A stretch of 64,000 bases of DNA from the human T2T-CHM13v2.0 reference genome, Homo sapiens. Shown piece after piece: positions 28,900-42,377 of this stretch (the stretch's first letter is position 1; every line of letters begins with the position of its first letter). The translations under genes were made by a program, and so were the position numbers. Under the pieces are notes generated by a model. The model saw only the letters and a program-made list of their open reading frames with translations. It was not told the DNA's origin and did no database searches. Location: assembly GCF_009914755.1 (NCBI RefSeq), contig NC_060938.1; one strand, written 5' to 3'.

Positions 28900-30120
28900 C
28901 AAGGTGCCCTGGCGCAGTCTATTTCCTTTGGGTTAATAAAATTAAATCAAGTCCCTTGCGATGGCGAAGATGGATCTCCTGATAGTAGTCCCCAACCTCC
29001 AGGCACTTCTCAGTCCCTTCCTGCCAAGCCACCAGACAGTGCTCCTACTCTGCCACACGCAGCCCGCACCCTTCTGGCGGCTCCCGCGAGGCCAACTCAG
29101 ACTCTCAGTTCCAGTTGCCCGCGAGCCTCAGACACGCAGAAGCTAAAGCGCCCTCATCTAATTATTTGCAGAACTATTATCCAAGAAATGGGCCATGGGA
29201 TAAATATTCCCATTTCCTGGATGGGGCCCCTAGACTGTCCACTTGCTCACAAAGATTAAGGGTAAGAAACCAGCTCTCCCCGAATGTGCCGCTTCCAAAC
29301 TGTCCAGTAAAAGGGCGAGAGGGAGACGTGTGGTCTCCTGGGGCATGGACAACCTCTCCCACCTCAGCAGCTAGGCGCTGGGATCGGGGTCGGCTCTCGG
29401 CTCGGCTCGCGGGCTGTAAGGTCTCCGCGGACCCCACCGCCTCTTCTGCGCGCTAAGGGTGAGCGCCAAGCAATTTCGCGAGCAATAGCCGGCAAAGTAA
29501 CCACCCCGAGAGGGAAAATAAACCTCTGCAAACTGGAGCAAGGGGGTGCTTTCCTCCCCTGGCCAGAAGCTCCGGGATCGCAGCCCTCCCGGGTCCGGCT
29601 TCATCCCTGCCCGGCCACCGAGGCCCTCTTTTTCTGCACCGCGGATTCTCCTCCGCCTGCGTGTTCGGGGCCCTTGTATCCGATGTTTCTTTCTAAAAGT
29701 TGTCCTTCCGGCTGATTCGGAAGTCGCTCCAAGGGAAAGAAGGTTTATGCTTTGTCATTATCTTCATCGCCCTCTTTATTTTGCCCCTGCCTTGTCGTAT
29801 TTCAAGAAAATGAACTCTTAGAAAAGAAAGCCTCTCCGTTGAGGCGGTTGGCAATCTCACAGAAATGATGTAAATGGTTTCAGGGCTTTTTTCTTCCCCT
29901 CTGCTATTTTTTTCGAGTGAACTGTGAAGATCTGTGAAAATAATATCAGGGTTTTCCGTCAGAACGAGCTTTGCCCTGCACTCAGGCGTGGCGTGATCTG
30001 ACCCGACACCTCCAACCATCTGTGCTATCTATCTGCCTTCTGATTTACCAGATCTGTACAAGCCGCATACAAATTGTACTTGATACTAAAGAAAAGACAG
30101 TCGGGTCCAGTCCAGTTCGG
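28900..30120. promoter_or_regulatory. SIX6: Repeat-free, CpG-containing SIX6 upstream regulatory region (candidate retinal/forebrain enhancers)
   Basis: CpG-rich 29050-29720; TAATTA, GATTAA homeodomain sites; E-box CATCTG at 30017-30022; no interspersed repeats seen. Confidence 0.6.
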
Positions 30121-31419
30121 CTGTGAACGTTCTCACCTGATTTCTGTCTAGGGATGGACCTCCCCAAAACGGTTTTCCTGGCGTTTTTGTTATACAGCCC
30201 CCTACCAGTTATTTTCTTCAAACTAAACAAACCCCTACCACAGGCCCAGATGAGATCATGGTTTCTTTGACCCAGGCCTCAGAAAATGGTATGATGTGGA
30301 CTGCCAATTGGGAATCAATAAAAGTTGCCAATTCACTCCACTAGCCCAAAGTCAGAGCCACCAAGCCACTCCTTCCTCACTACAGGAGGGGTCAATAATC
30401 AGCGGCTTAGGAAGTGCTTTCTGGGCCCCCGCATTGTCGTGGATGCCCTTCTGTATTGTATTTTTACTGAATTGTTTTTGAGCTAAAATGCCAAGGTTAG
30501 AGTTGTTATCCCCAGCTCAAGAGGTATAAGTTCTAACACAAGGTAGGGGCAAAATAAGCCGACAAGGAAAGGAGTTAAGTCGATATTTTTAAAAAGATCT
30601 AGGAAATAAGCTTTTAAGTTGCTGTCCTGACCTACCAATGACTTCTCGGCTCTAGATGTGGCTATGCTGCACTTTGTTCAAGTCCATTAAACTGGGGGAG
30701 GGGGAGAAAGTATATTTCTCCCCCTTTATTTGGAGGTCCCTACAGCCCACCCTTCTTTTCTTAAAGTGTCTGACTTCGTGGTCTGCATCTGCGTTATCAG
30801 ACGTGAACATGTCCTTGTTGGCATTTAAAATTATTTTAGTGGGCTTTGAAGGGAGTAAGGCTAGAGTTCAAACTGACCTCTTCTACAGATCCCTGGTCCT
30901 GTTCCTGCTGCTCCAGATTTGCTTCCCACTCAGCTGCTTTGGCAACTGGAAAGGGGAAGAGGGAGGCATGCAGAGATGGGTACTTGGGAAAAATGAGAAG
31001 ATCGCTTCCCCCCACCGGCTTCCTGCTCCCACCGCAAGGTTTGCTGTTTCGTTACAACTAAACTTGCGAATTCTCGGAGCATTTCAGTTTGGCCCAGTCC
31101 TCTTTGTCCTCTGGAGACCTCTCGACCGAGACAACGCATCGCCCCAAAGTGAATTCCTGAATTCCTGTGGCATCACTGCCTCTTTGGTGGGAAAAAGGGA
31201 GGGAGGGGTAGAGCGGGGTGGGGGAGGGAGGAGTAGTGAACGCTGCCGCACTCGCCTCTCTTTTTCTCCCAGACACTCGCATGTCTTTTCAACCTCCAGG
31301 TTCTGCAAAATACTGAAGAAAAGTCCAGGAGCTAACGGCGGGCGCTGTCGAGCACGGGGAGGTGCTGAAATAGTCCTGGCGTGCTGATTCAAGCTTTGAT
31401 TGGCAGAGCCACCCGGTGA

Positions 31420-32577
<1,158 letters not shown>

Positions 32578-33404
32578 TAAAATCCTACAAACAGTTAGGG
32601 ACCCCAAGACCCAAAGCTAATTCTTGTCAGCCTGGGCACAGGCTCCTACTATTAATCGAAGCCTGGCTTATTAGCAATGTGTCGGTTTCATGTTAATTAT
32701 CATTTTCAAAGCCCAGGTATATCCCTCCCTAATGCTTTGAAAACAGTTTTCAATGGACTTTTGAGAAATGGGAAGTCGAGTTTTCCTCTTCCCATGCGCT
32801 GCCTGCCACTCTTGTCTCAAAACAGCAAACTAGTCCGTGGGCCGAGGCTTTTCGTTTCCCGGAGTGTGGATCTCGATCAGCCAAACATTTTGCGGAAGAG
32901 CCCGGCCTCATCCCCCAGGCCCAAATGCTCCTTACAATCCTTTTTGCCTTTAGGTCGGGCCGACCCGATCCAACGCGATCGCGGGAGCACTTGCTCAGGC
33001 GTAAGCCCCAGGCAGACGCACCGTTAGAAATGGTATCCCATGTCCCTGGGACCGATCTGTCCTTGTCACCCACGCTTCGTTTATTTCCTGACAGTCCTGT
33101 AAATCTCCCAAAAGTGCACAACAAACAGGGAGGACACTGCAAGCCCAGTATATAAAAGACCTGGGAGCTGCGGCGCTGAGAAAGGGCGCGAATCATGGTG
33201 GGGCACAACAGTAGGGACCCGCGGAGGGGCGGCCGCGGACTCCTGCCCGACCTCTGTCGCCTTGCCGAGTAATCCTCGCCTTAACTGCTGGGGTCTTCGG
33301 AAGAACCTCTAGCCGCCGGGCTGGAGGGACGCAGGAGGTGGTGGGGGCGGGCGACGGGCGGCTGTGTTACGAGCTGTGACCCGTGTTCCCTTTCTTCCCC
33401 GTAG

Positions 33405-33573
33405 ACTCCAGCAGCAGGTCCTGTCACAGGGTTCCGGGCGGGCACTACGGGCGGAGGGCGACGGCACGCCAGAGGTGCTGGGCGTCGCCACCAGCCCGGC
33501 CGCCAGTCTATCCAGCAAGGCGGCCACTTCAGCCATCTCCATCACGTCCAGCGACAGCGAGTGCGACATCTGA
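33405..33573 (+). CDS. SIX6: SIX6 exon 2 coding part
   Basis: Acceptor ttccctttcttccccgtag|; (R)[11 protein letters not shown]...[10 protein letters not shown]; 572+169=741 nt = 246 aa plus stop. Confidence 0.99.
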
Positions 33574-34093
33574 GTTGCCCATCCAGGATGCTCAGAAGCA
33601 GATTCCAGTGTAAAAACGAGAAAAACAAAATGAAAGAGGGGAAGAAGATGAGAGACCTGCAAATCCAGCGCCAGAGAAGCCAGGTGACCAGGGACCCGCG
33701 GGCTCGGGTTGCCGTTTCCCGCCCCACCCCGCGGCCGGCCTGGCTTCACTGGCGCCCTTTGGCCGCGACCACGGGAACCAGCGGTGAGGCCTGACCCAGC
33801 ACCACGTTCTTCTTGCTTTGCTTTTTCCTAAGGATTTTGCTGCAAAGTCTCCTTCGGAACCCGAACTGCAAGCTGAGCGCCTGCCCAGATTCTCCCATGG
33901 GTATTTCACGTCGAAAGGACGCTGTTACATATGTATAACTTTCGCTTTAAAGTTTTTTTTTAACAAAACATATATATGCTGTTTATTTACTTATTTAAGA
34001 GACCGCCATGGTAGGTTTCTCTGTAGCTTGGGGAACTTGCTGTTTCTAAACATGCAGGCTGGTGGTGATGGGTTCTGTGTGGAGAAGCCAAAC

Positions 34094-34099
34094 AATAAA
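34094..34099 (+). terminator. SIX6: SIX6 polyadenylation signal (proximal)
   Basis: AATAAA about 520 nt after the stop codon, followed by a U-rich tract near 34145-34170; further candidates ATTAAA near 34949 and AATAAA at 35070. Confidence 0.65.
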
Positions 34100-35656
34100 A
34101 CAACCTAGTGGGCAACCTTCTTAATTAAGGGAGCTGCTCTCAGATTCCTTTTCTTCTTATTATTATTAATATCATTCCCTTCACCAGGCATGCAGGGACC
34201 CTTGAGCAAATGGTCTCCGGAAGGTCTTACCTATATATCTTTTGCCTTCTTTGGTGCTTCCTGGTATATGTTTTAAACAACCTATGGTAGGTCTATAACC
34301 ACCTCCCACGTCAAATTACACGTATGTGCATATATGTATGTACCTATACAAACATATGTATGTATGCATACACGTGATATATTTAAGGCTAGAAATTGGC
34401 AACATGTGAGCGTCCTCTCTAAGGCAAGTCCCCGCATCCCCAGCACAGGTAATTATGGCTTGTCCACTTGACACTCGTTTACATGAAGTGTCAACAGCTT
34501 TCAGGAGCAATTTAGGAAGCCAAACTATGGGACTCAATAAGTGAGTCCTATTTTCTAAAAATGCAAAACTATCCTGACTCAGGCTCTGCAGCAAGAAAGG
34601 CTTTCTGTCTCCTTCAAGGCCCCCTCCAATACAAAAGCAGCAGGCACCCATGATCATGCTAGAGTGAGCATATACTGCATTTAGGATTGAGCTATTATTA
34701 AAATAAGACAAAAGATGATAGAAGAGGTTGTAAATAATTAGACTAACATCTTCTTGCTGCAGAATTTGGTTTTAATCAAATGAATGGTTTTTAACAAGAG
34801 GGATACTGAGATGGGGGAAAGGATGTAATCATGTCACATACTGAGGGTAAAACAAGGCTGTAGAAATAACTGGCATTTTAAAAACCTAATCTCCGAATTA
34901 AGCATAGAACAAGTCATCAAGGGCCTCATTGTCCTGGTAATGGCCTCGATTAAAACATAAAATATTTTTAGCATTTAATTTTTCCTCGTGCACATGCATG
35001 TATGCACCTATACATGAACAAATGCATGCATATACAACGCAAAAACATCTACCATCTTTGCACTAAGAAAATAAATGCTAGCCAGAGTCTCTAATTTTGT
35101 TCCTAGTGAAACAGATTGCATATTATAAAATTTGACATTGATCTTTAAATCACTTGAGCTGACTTCCCTCTTTACTGTCCCCATCCCCCAATTACAGCCT
35201 TTTCCATTTGCCTTTCTGTCCTTAGAAGATGTTCTTTGGATCAGAAGCCTGCTAACTTCTTTAGGCAGAAGTGCCAAAGTGCAAACCAAACAAAAATAAG
35301 TGAAGTCATGGAAGACAAAAAGCAGCCAAACGGCAAGATAGACAATGGAAGCCCAGGACAGAGTAAGGGTTGATTTTTGGTTTCTAAATCGCTTGAATAG
35401 ATTTGGCTCATTTGGGCTTTATAAATGTTGTCCTTGTGTATGGTGGCCCTTATCCAGAGAATTCTTGAAAATCAAAACTCTCTTGCACAAGAGCTTTACA
35501 TGGAAGGAGTGGGTAAGTTTTCGTGATAAAACTGGTGTTCTTTCCAAAAGCAAGCAAAAGCCCTCCTGTGGGTCCTGAAAGGCTCCCATTGTAGAGCTTC
35601 CTCAGTACTTAATTTTGTTTCCTAGAGCCCCAGGTAGTTCCTAGAATGCTAACGAG

Positions 35657-35802
35657 GGGCTGGCGAGGACTAGAGTGAGGCCAGGAGGGGACTCACTGTC
35701 AAGGTTATGCAAGTGCAGCAAGTGCAAGGCACATGAGATTGAGTGCCTCCTTAAATTTTGCACTCTAAGTGCCTCCTTTGCCTCATCCTAGTCCTTAATC
35801 TG
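35657..35802. mobile_element. hAT-Tip100 MITE (MER96-like)
   Basis: AGGACTAGAGTGAGGC ... GCCTCATCCTAGTCCT terminal inverted repeats; same family as 43269-43430. Confidence 0.6.
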
Positions 35803-37049
35803 ACAAGGAGTAGCCACGGATATCCACTCTTGTTCCCCAGCCCCACCCCACCCTTAGCTATGGGGCTGTCCAGAACCAGTGTTTGGAGAAGTTTGTTGGC
35901 AAATTTTCTCTTAAGTTTATGCTTCCAAGTCCTAGAGGGATGGGAAATAACTAATTAGTGGAATAATGTAAAAGAATTTGAGATTCTAAAAATCCCACTC
36001 CACCCACCCCTTCAAATGATACCTAAAAGCAGAAGAAAATGTCCATTCCGCAGTGTCAAGAAAATAGGGTAACTAAGAAACTAAGCTTTCTCTTTACAAA
36101 ATAATTTTTAAGTGACAGTTTATTGCTTGGACAAAAAGAGAAGACCAAACAGTGATGGAGCATTTTTAATTCCTGCTTTGACAAAAGCCTTTAAACTACA
36201 GCTACCATTTACTTAAATTAACAAGCTGCCTACATTTTAAAGTAGCTATTCTGTTTCAACAATCTGGAGATTTATTTATTTAATTTCACTTTAGAATCTT
36301 AAGGGGGTGACACATTACTTGTAAGATTTTTTTAAATGTTTATCTGTAATGTGATGGCACCTAATTGCCTCTGTGAATAACCAATTCTTTGGTGACCACA
36401 TATTGGAAATTAGTCCAGATCTTCACAGAGATTTATTTTATTTTAATCTTTCCAATCTTCCCAAGGACATTTAAAGGGTTTCTTTTTAAGACTTTTTCCA
36501 TATCAGCTTCATTCTGGTCTTCAGGGTTTTGGGGGGAAAAAAAATCCAGGTAATGGCAAGGCTGAAGGTTTCTGAATTTGGCAAAATCTCTATATAATGG
36601 GTTTCCTTCCTTTCTTTTCCTGCAATTCTTCTGTCACAATTTCCCAAAAAGCAGCTACTCCAGCAGAGTGGAAAGAGCATTTTTATATTAAATATTTCAA
36701 CGGACCTGACCAATGTGAAGATTTTACCCCAAGCCCCAGGTCAGGCTCTTTTCCGGCTTATAAACATTTCAACCACACTCCAGTTTCACCAAAAAAAACG
36801 ACGGCCCCTGCTCCCCAAATGCCGCAGTTCCTCTCGCCTCCACTTTAATGACCCACTCCACTTCCACCCGTCACTCCCTCCTTTCCCTTCGCCAGTTTGT
36901 TTATAAAAAATCTGGGAGGGAGGGGAGAAGACGATGGGGGTGGGGAGGGCTTGCTCTTTGTTTACATTAAACAAATGACAGGCAAAGAGCTCAAGCAAAG
37001 TCTTCCTTGACCTCGTTCCCTCTCCCTAATTTTAACAAAAAGGAAAAAA

Positions 37050-38300
37050 ATATTGTATCCAAAGAGAATGTGAATGGGGCGGGAGGAGAGGAGAAGCAGC
37101 TTTTCGCTCTATTCAACGGGGACGCGAGAGCGCGGACGATTTCCGCTCCTTTTGTGAGGCGGAGCCCGGGGGCGGCCGTGAATGGGGGGTCTGTGGAGCG
37201 GCCGGCGGGGCTGTCAGGCGGCTCTGCGTAATCAGGGCTAATGACGGCGGCCGGGCGCTCGGCGGGACAATGCGCGGGGCCGCGGGGTTTTGTCGGCCTG
37301 AATGGCTAATAGGTTTGCCTGTGAGCTGCGAGGGGGCGGTGTCGGGGAGGAGGCGGCGGCGAGGGGAGAAGGGGTCATTGTCCGCGCGCTGGCCCGGGCG
37401 CCGAGGCGTGTCCCTGCCTGCGCCGCGCGGCTACCCCCGTGCCCGGCGCCGCCGACGGGAAGGCAGCGGCGGGGAGGCCCCCTGGAGGCCTGCTGGGAAA
37501 TGGCGGCTGGAGCGGCGGGCGCGTGGGTCCCCTCGGGGAGGCGCCCCAAGCCACGGTCCGCTCCCAAAGAGAAGCCCAGACTGGGCCCACAGTACCCGGG
37601 AAGGTGAGTCCTTACTCGGGGGCCCAGATCTCCCCACGGAGGCCACAGATCTGGGCCCCCGAGGAAGGAGAGCCCCCCTTTTCGCGCACCCACCTTTTCC
37701 ATCCAGCGCCCCGCGAACTCGCGGACGTGTAGGCCTCGAGCCACTCCTACTGTTGGGCTGCGTGACTCAGCGGCTCGAGGAGAGAAACCTCTCAAAACCG
37801 GGGGACCGAGACGGGGTTCAATTTAAACCTAGGTGGGAGAATGAGCCCACAAGCGCGCGCCCCTGCAGCTGCGGAGGCGCGCGCCCGCCCACCCTCGGGC
37901 GCCTGAAGTCGCAGCGGTTGCAGAGCCTCGAGCCCGTGGATGCGGCGCGCGCCGCGGTCTGGGCCTGCGCGAGAGGCTGCCGCCCGCGTCGGGCCTGGGC
38001 CTACGCGTGTCTGGCCTGGGCCTGCCGGTGCAACAGCAGTTGTCGCCACCGGTCCTAGGCCGCGCCGAGCGAGTCGCCGAGAGGGGCGGGAAGAGAGGAG
38101 AGGTCCGAGACCAGGGAGCGGGACCTAAAGGGGGCTTTCCGCGCCCGACAGGTCCGCCGGGGTTAGCCTTCGAGGCGGGGAGAGGGAGCGGGGTCCTTCA
38201 AGGACCGCATGTTCGCGATAGCACATTTGAGCCCTGGCAGGCCACCTGGGCCGCCTTCTTTCGGAAACCTTGCGGGGTTTCCAAGCAAGGTTTACAATGG
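37050..38300. promoter_or_regulatory. CpG island downstream of SIX6; candidate distal C14orf39 promoter and first exon (donor at 37694)
   Basis: Very high GC/CpG; minus-strand donor AAG|GTGGGT at 37694/37693; plus-strand donor AAG|GTGAGT at 37603/37604. Confidence 0.8.
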
Positions 38301-39256
38301 GAAACTTTATTTCCCATTGTAAGCTCTTACAAATCTCCTCTGGCTAGATCCTTCCTTGCAGCTCTCTTTGCTAGGATTTATATTCCCAAACTTCTTCAGA
38401 CGTGCCCTACCGCGAGGGAACGAACTGGTTTTCTTCCCGTTTTCACCTCCTTGTCTGGAGACAAAGGGGTGTGAGGGCGATCCCAGAGCTGAACAAGCAG
38501 TTTCACGCCTCCCTGCCCGCTCATGCTGTTTCCGCTTGCCCTGTGGTTTGCTCTGCCTGGAACGCCGCCCCCTACCTCAACTGCTACCCTGTCATTCCAC
38601 AAAGCCTACCCCACCTCCACTAAGTTTTCCGTGAGCCAGTGAGCTCCACACAGATAATGTGCCACCAACTTTTTTAATGCTCCCACCGCACCTTATCTAA
38701 ACGTCTGTTTTAGCGCTCTAACACTTTTGCTCATTTATTTGTCTGTCTGACTTCCCCCTTCAGCCTTTGCTAGAATGTAAGCTCTTTATTTAAAGGCAAG
38801 GACCAACTCTTACCCATCTTTGTATTCCCAGCACCTAGCCCAAGTAGTAGGTGCTCAATAAATGTTTTAAAGCTGAATGAATTCATGCATCTTCCTTGAA
38901 ATCTGTCTGCTCTTACGTTAGTGGGGGACCTCTGCTAGCTCGGGAATCATTTGAAGAGAAGAGATGACTTATATTGGCTGGACCCAAAGTTCACTGTAAT
39001 CCTCCCAGCTCAGTAAGTTACTGGCTGTTACCTACTTGTCGGGTTCTCTGGGATGATTCCATAGAGTGCTGTCTCCCTCTAGGCATGCGGTTTTTTTAGA
39101 GTGCTATGACTTTGGGTTCATACCATGAAAATTATCTTCTCACACAACACATTTTCCCAAAAAGGTAAGAGTAATCCTCTTGGATTTTGAAAATTCTAGG
39201 TATTATACTCTCTGAACCCTACAACATAAGAATTTCTATTCTGCTTCAAAGATAAC

Positions 39257-39612
39257 TGCTATGGTTTAATGTTCATATCCCTCCAAAATTCATGTTGAAA
39301 CTTAATCCCCAATGCAGTAGTATTAAGAAGTGGGACCTTTAGGAGGTGATTCACTGCCCCATGAATGGAATTAGTGCTTTTATAAAAGGGCTTGAGGAAG
39401 TCTATTATTTCCTTTTTGCCCTTCTGTCCTTCTGCCACGTGAAGGTGCAGGAAAAAGACACCATCTTAGAAGCAGAGAGAACCAGCCTTTACCAGACACA
39501 GAACCTAACCAGGCTTTGATCTTGCACTTCCCGGCCTCCAGAACTGTGAGAAATGTATAAATTACCCAGTCCAAAGTATTTCCTTTATAGCAGCAGGAAT
39601 GGACTAAGACAA
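39257..39612. mobile_element. MaLR LTR (MSTB/MLT1A0-like)
   Basis: TGCTATGGTTTAATGT...CAAAATTCATGTTGAAACTTAATCCCCAATG...GGACTAAGACA. Confidence 0.85.
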
Positions 39613-39757
39613 TAACCCTTTCCTTTCTCCTCCCTCCCACCTTTTCTCTCCTCTGGCTTCCCCACCTCACTCCAGTCCTGACCTACACATGATAAAGTAA
39701 ACCACAAAAACAAAAAAATCACAAACCCAGACAAGGTCTCCAATTCTAAGATAATAG

Positions 39758-40112
<355 letters not shown>

Positions 40113-41477
40113 CATTAAAATCTTAAATCGCAAGGGCTGTGTGAAAATACTGGATAGCAAACTCATCTCTATTTTAAAATTTAATGGGCAGAAGCAAGTG
40201 AACTGTGTATAATTTCGAATTCTGATAAAATACGTATAAGGCTTCCTCTTGGAAATTCATTCTAGCCTGGCACTGCCAATCTGCAACCTGAGAATACTGA
40301 GTTACTGTTTGTTTTTCTCACTGAAGAGATTAGTCTTAAATTTTCTAGCACGAAATCGAACACTTGAGAGGGCACATTAATTTGGCACATGAAGAGTCTG
40401 GTGGGCAAAAAATTATTATGCATTTCGAACATTTTCAGATATTTAAGATTCCTATAAAAGATTTGCCCATTTAAATTAATCACCACTTAAAGCATTTTCC
40501 ATGGCATTGGGTATACTCCTGACTTTCTATAAATTCCTGGTAAATTACGTATTTGAACTGAAGACCTACGCATGTATATCTTATTTAAAGAAATTATTTT
40601 TGCAGATACTTGTAACTGTATGAACTGGATTTGTCCATTTAAAATAGAAAGCAAGTGGGAAAAAGAAAACTATACTGGAAACAGTCTGTGGACAATGGGC
40701 TGGCACCTGAGAAGGTGGGATCAGACAAACCTGGCTTGAAATACCTAATCGCTGTGAATTTCAGAAGTCACTCAACTCTCTGAGCCTTAGTTTTTACTTC
40801 TGCAAAATGGGTTGATAATATCCAGGAATATTGTGAGTGTTATTTGGTTAATGCATGTAAAGCACCTAGCACAGACCCTCACATATAATAGGGGTTCAGT
40901 GAATGGAACTTCCCTTTCCCCATTTTGCCTGGTTAAATGCTAAGGCAAAGAAATAAGCTTAAAAGTTGTTTTTAATAGATGTAATGTACATATTTGTAAT
41001 ATTGAATTTAAATGCTAAATGCTTTCCTTAGTACTAGAAGCAGCTTCCACTCACCACCCCCAGTAGGTAGGACCCAATATGTTGGTTTTCCAGCAATGGC
41101 AATGGAGGAGCTTGTGCTCACATACCATCATCCTTTCCTTGCTTCTTTACTCTGCTTAAGGCTGCTTGTCAACTATGTGAAGCTCTCCAAAGGGATCCTG
41201 GCCCATCATGCAAGTCAGGATAACCCCACATATAAAGTATGATCACTGAAAATGTAACATAACCTTTTGGGGAAAATGCAAGGTTCATTTCTTTGAGGAG
41301 AAAGTAGTGATCTCACTTCAATTACACTCGCATGGCTCTTTTTATAGCTAATAATAAAATATTTCACTTGCACTATTTCACTTCCTCACAAGAACCCTGT
41401 GAGGTAAATCAGCAGATAGTGGGATTCCCATCTTCCGGATGAGGGAACTGGGGCTCATTACTTGCTCAAAGTCACAG

Positions 41478-42377
41478 GACCAGGAAAGAATCCAGATTTT
41501 GTAGGGTTTGAAGCTTACACTATTTGGAGGGGTGGGGCACTCTTTAAGATTAAAGATATAAAATTATGAGTACAAAATTGGGTACAAAAAATAACATCAA
41601 TTACAATTTTTTTAACCTGGCAAATACAACAAACCACAAAATCCAGGCAAGTAATAAAATCATTTCATTAACTGTCTTACATACCTCTAGAATTGTTTTT
41701 TCCCTACTGTTTTTCTGTATGTTCTTTGATTGCTCCTTTGTGTGACAATAATTTTATTATACAACCTCAAATAGAAAGATAATTCAGTCTTTACTGTGGG
41801 TTGGTTTAAATATTTTTATTATTGATAACTTAGAAAAGTTTCTCGCAGTTTCATAGCTCATTATTGGTAATGCCATATATTATTTTTAGGATTGGCATCA
41901 ACTATGGGAAAGCCTCAGTGAAATTTCTTCCATATATAGGCAGTTAAATTTCAGGACACTACACGTTTCCTTGAGCAATAACCCATTAAATAATCTTTAC
42001 ATTGACAACATTCATTAACTAGTTTGTGATCAGGGTCTTACACTTACAAAGAAGTAACAGCAAATCATAAAAATATAACACTGAACTCAAATAAACTGTA
42101 TACCCAACTCAAGTTCCCTTTAACTACCAGATCCCAAAAATGACTATGGTTACTCCATTGAAACCCAGCATGAAGGGAAATGGACAGAGGGAAAATAGGA
42201 ATGGAAAGAAACAATGATCTATTGTTGTTAAATTGCCTTATTTTATAAATTTTCAAAAAATGCAATGATTATGTGAACGTATTGCTAGAACCACTTCCAG
42301 GACCTTGGAAGAGACCTGTGCAAGTGAGGAATCTTGAAGCCTAAGTGTCATTTGCTCCAAGGTAATGCTGCCTGTGC
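41478..42377. mobile_element. hAT-Tip100 relic (MER115/Zaphod-like)
   Basis: ATCCAGATTTTGTAGGGTTTGAAGCTTACACTATTTGG...CTCTTTAAG start and GTGCAAGTGAGG...TGAAGCCTAAG end. Confidence 0.6.

Noticed and set aside
34317-34382. Alternating purine-pyrimidine tract with hairpin potential (possible pre-miRNA or Z-DNA)
   Set aside because: Degenerate (TA/CA/TG) microsatellite; self-complementarity is trivial for this composition
37238-38474. Many overlapping 70-262 aa ORFs on both strands
   Set aside because: CpG-island artefacts; Arg/Gly/Pro/Ala-rich with no recognisable homology
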